Made by a program: the position numbers and the translations under genes
The notes under the pieces: generated by a model
Seen by the model: only the letters and a program-made list of their open reading frames with translations
Told to the model about the DNA's origin: nothing
Databases searched by the model: none
Shown here: one piece after another, positions 42,668-43,607 of the stretch
Position numbering within the stretch: position 1 is the stretch's first letter
Layout of the letters: every line of letters begins with the position of its first letter
Assembly (NCBI GenBank): GCA_937965665.1
Contig: CALCJE010000403.1
Span: 1-43,607, forward strand
Direction of reading: 5' to 3'
DNA: 43,607 nt
From: an uncultured Bacteroidales bacterium
Lineage (GTDB): Bacteria; Bacteroidota; Bacteroidia; Bacteroidales; UBA4417

Positions 42668-43607
42668 TTATTTGCCCTCCTCATTTTTAATAACTTCTGG
42701 AACAACATCTTTCTTCTTGCCCATTTTTTCAATCATTACAAACAGGGCCGGAATGGAGAAAACACCCAATACAGTTGCAATGAGCATCCCGGCGAAAACA
42801 GCCATACCCATTACAATACGGGCCTGTGATCCTGCACCGGTAGCTGTTAATAAAGGTGTAACGCCCAGGATAAATGCAAAAGCGGTCATCAGGATGGGTC
42901 GGAAACGCAATTTGGCAGAAGTCATAGCAGCTTCCATGAGCGGAACACCTCTTTCGTTCTCCATTTTAGCAAACTCCACAATGAGAATAGCATTTTTAGC
43001 CGCAAGCCCGATAAGCATAACCAAACCGATTTGTGCAAAAACGTTGATTACGTATGCATCGCTGGTAAAACGTGCAAGGAACAACCCAAGAAATGCCCCA
43101 AATACGGCAAAAGGAGTTCCAAGGAGCACACTGAAAGGAAGTTTCCAGCTTTCGTATTGTGCAGCCAGGATCAGGAAAACAAATACCAGAGCCATAATAA
43201 ACACGGTAGCGCCACCGGGTGAATGTTTCTCCTGATAGGAGAGGTTTATATAGTCAAGGCTCATGTTTGAAGGCAGAACTTCTTTACCTACTTCCTCGAG
43301 TGCTTTCAGGGCCTGAGAACTGCTATAGCCTTCAGCCGGTTCGCCACCAACTTCTGCAGCGCGGAACAGGTTAAGCCGGTTTGTGAAATCCGGTCCGGTA
43401 ACCTTAGTAACAGCCACCAGGGTTGAAAGCGGAACCATATCGCCCTGGCTATTCTTAACAGCCATTTGCTGCAATGCATCTGGATTTAAGCGATCCTGGC
43501 CTTCTGCCTGGAGAAATACCTTATATTGCCGACCGAAGCGGTTGAAATCGTTCACATAATTTGCACCTAAAAATGCTCCGAGTGCCTCGGTGACTGTTGA
43601 AAGATCG
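42668..43607 (-). CDS. RND multidrug efflux permease (AcrB/HAE1). Only the C-terminal ~312 codons are present; the gene continues past the right edge.
   Basis: The frame stays open to the window edge (…DLSTVTEALGAFLGANYVNDFNRFGRQYKV…). TM8-TM12 with GLAAKNAILIVEFA and the RPILMT motif. The track's M at 43555 is an internal GTG (Val). Confidence 0.9.
   Translation of the reverse strand, partial: DLSTVTEALGAFLGANYVNDFNRFGRQYKVFLQAEGQDRLNPDALQQMAVKNSQGDMVPLSTLVAVTKVTGPDFTNRLNLFRAAEVGGEPAEGYSSSQALKALEEVGKEVLPSNMSLDYINLSYQEKHSPGGATVFIMALVFVFLILAAQYESWKLPFSVLLGTPFAVFGAFLGLFLARFTSDAYVINVFAQIGLVMLIGLAAKNAILIVEFAKMENERGVPLMEAAMTSAKLRFRPILMTAFAFILGVTPLLTATGAGSQARIVMGMAVFAGMLIATVLGVFSIPALFVMIEKMGKKKDVVPEVIKNEEGK

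Noticed and set aside
1-43607. Looked for mobile elements, prophage genes, toxin-antitoxin pairs, restriction-modification or other defence systems, DGR/retron elements and rRNA/tRNA genes.
   Set aside because: No ORF shows transposase, integrase, recombinase, nuclease-ATPase or reverse transcriptase motifs, and no terminal inverted repeats flank any gene block. Base composition looks broadly uniform by eye apart from AT-rich intergenic regions. The window appears to be core chromosome.

Overview
The window looks like a chromosomal segment of an anaerobic Bacteroidota (Bacteroidales-like) genome. Supporting signs: many gene starts are preceded by the Bacteroidetes -7 promoter box TAnnTTTG, one secreted nuclease carries a T9SS C-terminal sorting domain, and there is a DUF4270 / short GlgA-like gene pair and an S46 dipeptidyl-peptidase.

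Most of the window is housekeeping or central metabolism:
- MATE efflux pump, pth, and a glutamine-transaminase / omega-amidase-type gene pair
- msrC-like GAF protein, queD, udk
- a complete Na+-translocating methylmalonyl-CoA decarboxylase operon (mce-mmdA-mmdD-mmdC-mmdB)
- glmS and lnt
- a TetR-TolC-MFP-RND efflux operon, plus the end of a second RND/NodT operon
- a stand-alone biotin-less carboxyltransferase and two exported peptidases (M49-like, S46)

I found no rRNA, tRNA, CRISPR array, transposase, integrase, phage gene or recognisable defence gene.

The least ordinary part is 33.0-41.1 kb, a run of small envelope and hypothetical genes. Within it sits a tandem pair of paralogous secreted proteins (37803-38882 and 39065-40252). 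Each has a conserved acidic N-terminal domain, a Tyr/Pro-rich patch and a long acid-free Ser/Thr/Asn/Arg/Pro tail ending in an RGG-like GGGRGGGGGRRR terminus. This pair is my best candidate for an undescribed function.

Other observations:
- A Rex-operator-like palindrome (TTGTTAT-N4-ATAACAA) is shared by the mmd operon promoter and the leader of the orphan carboxyltransferase gene.
- A triple nested dyad of TAAGGTT/AACCTTA heptamers lies at about 33.9 kb.
- Compound microsatellite blocks lie at 264-305 and 7471-7603.
- A cluster of GTCCC-loop-GGGAC mini-hairpins lies at 26.4-26.6 kb.

All family assignments come from motif recognition by eye. No database search was run.
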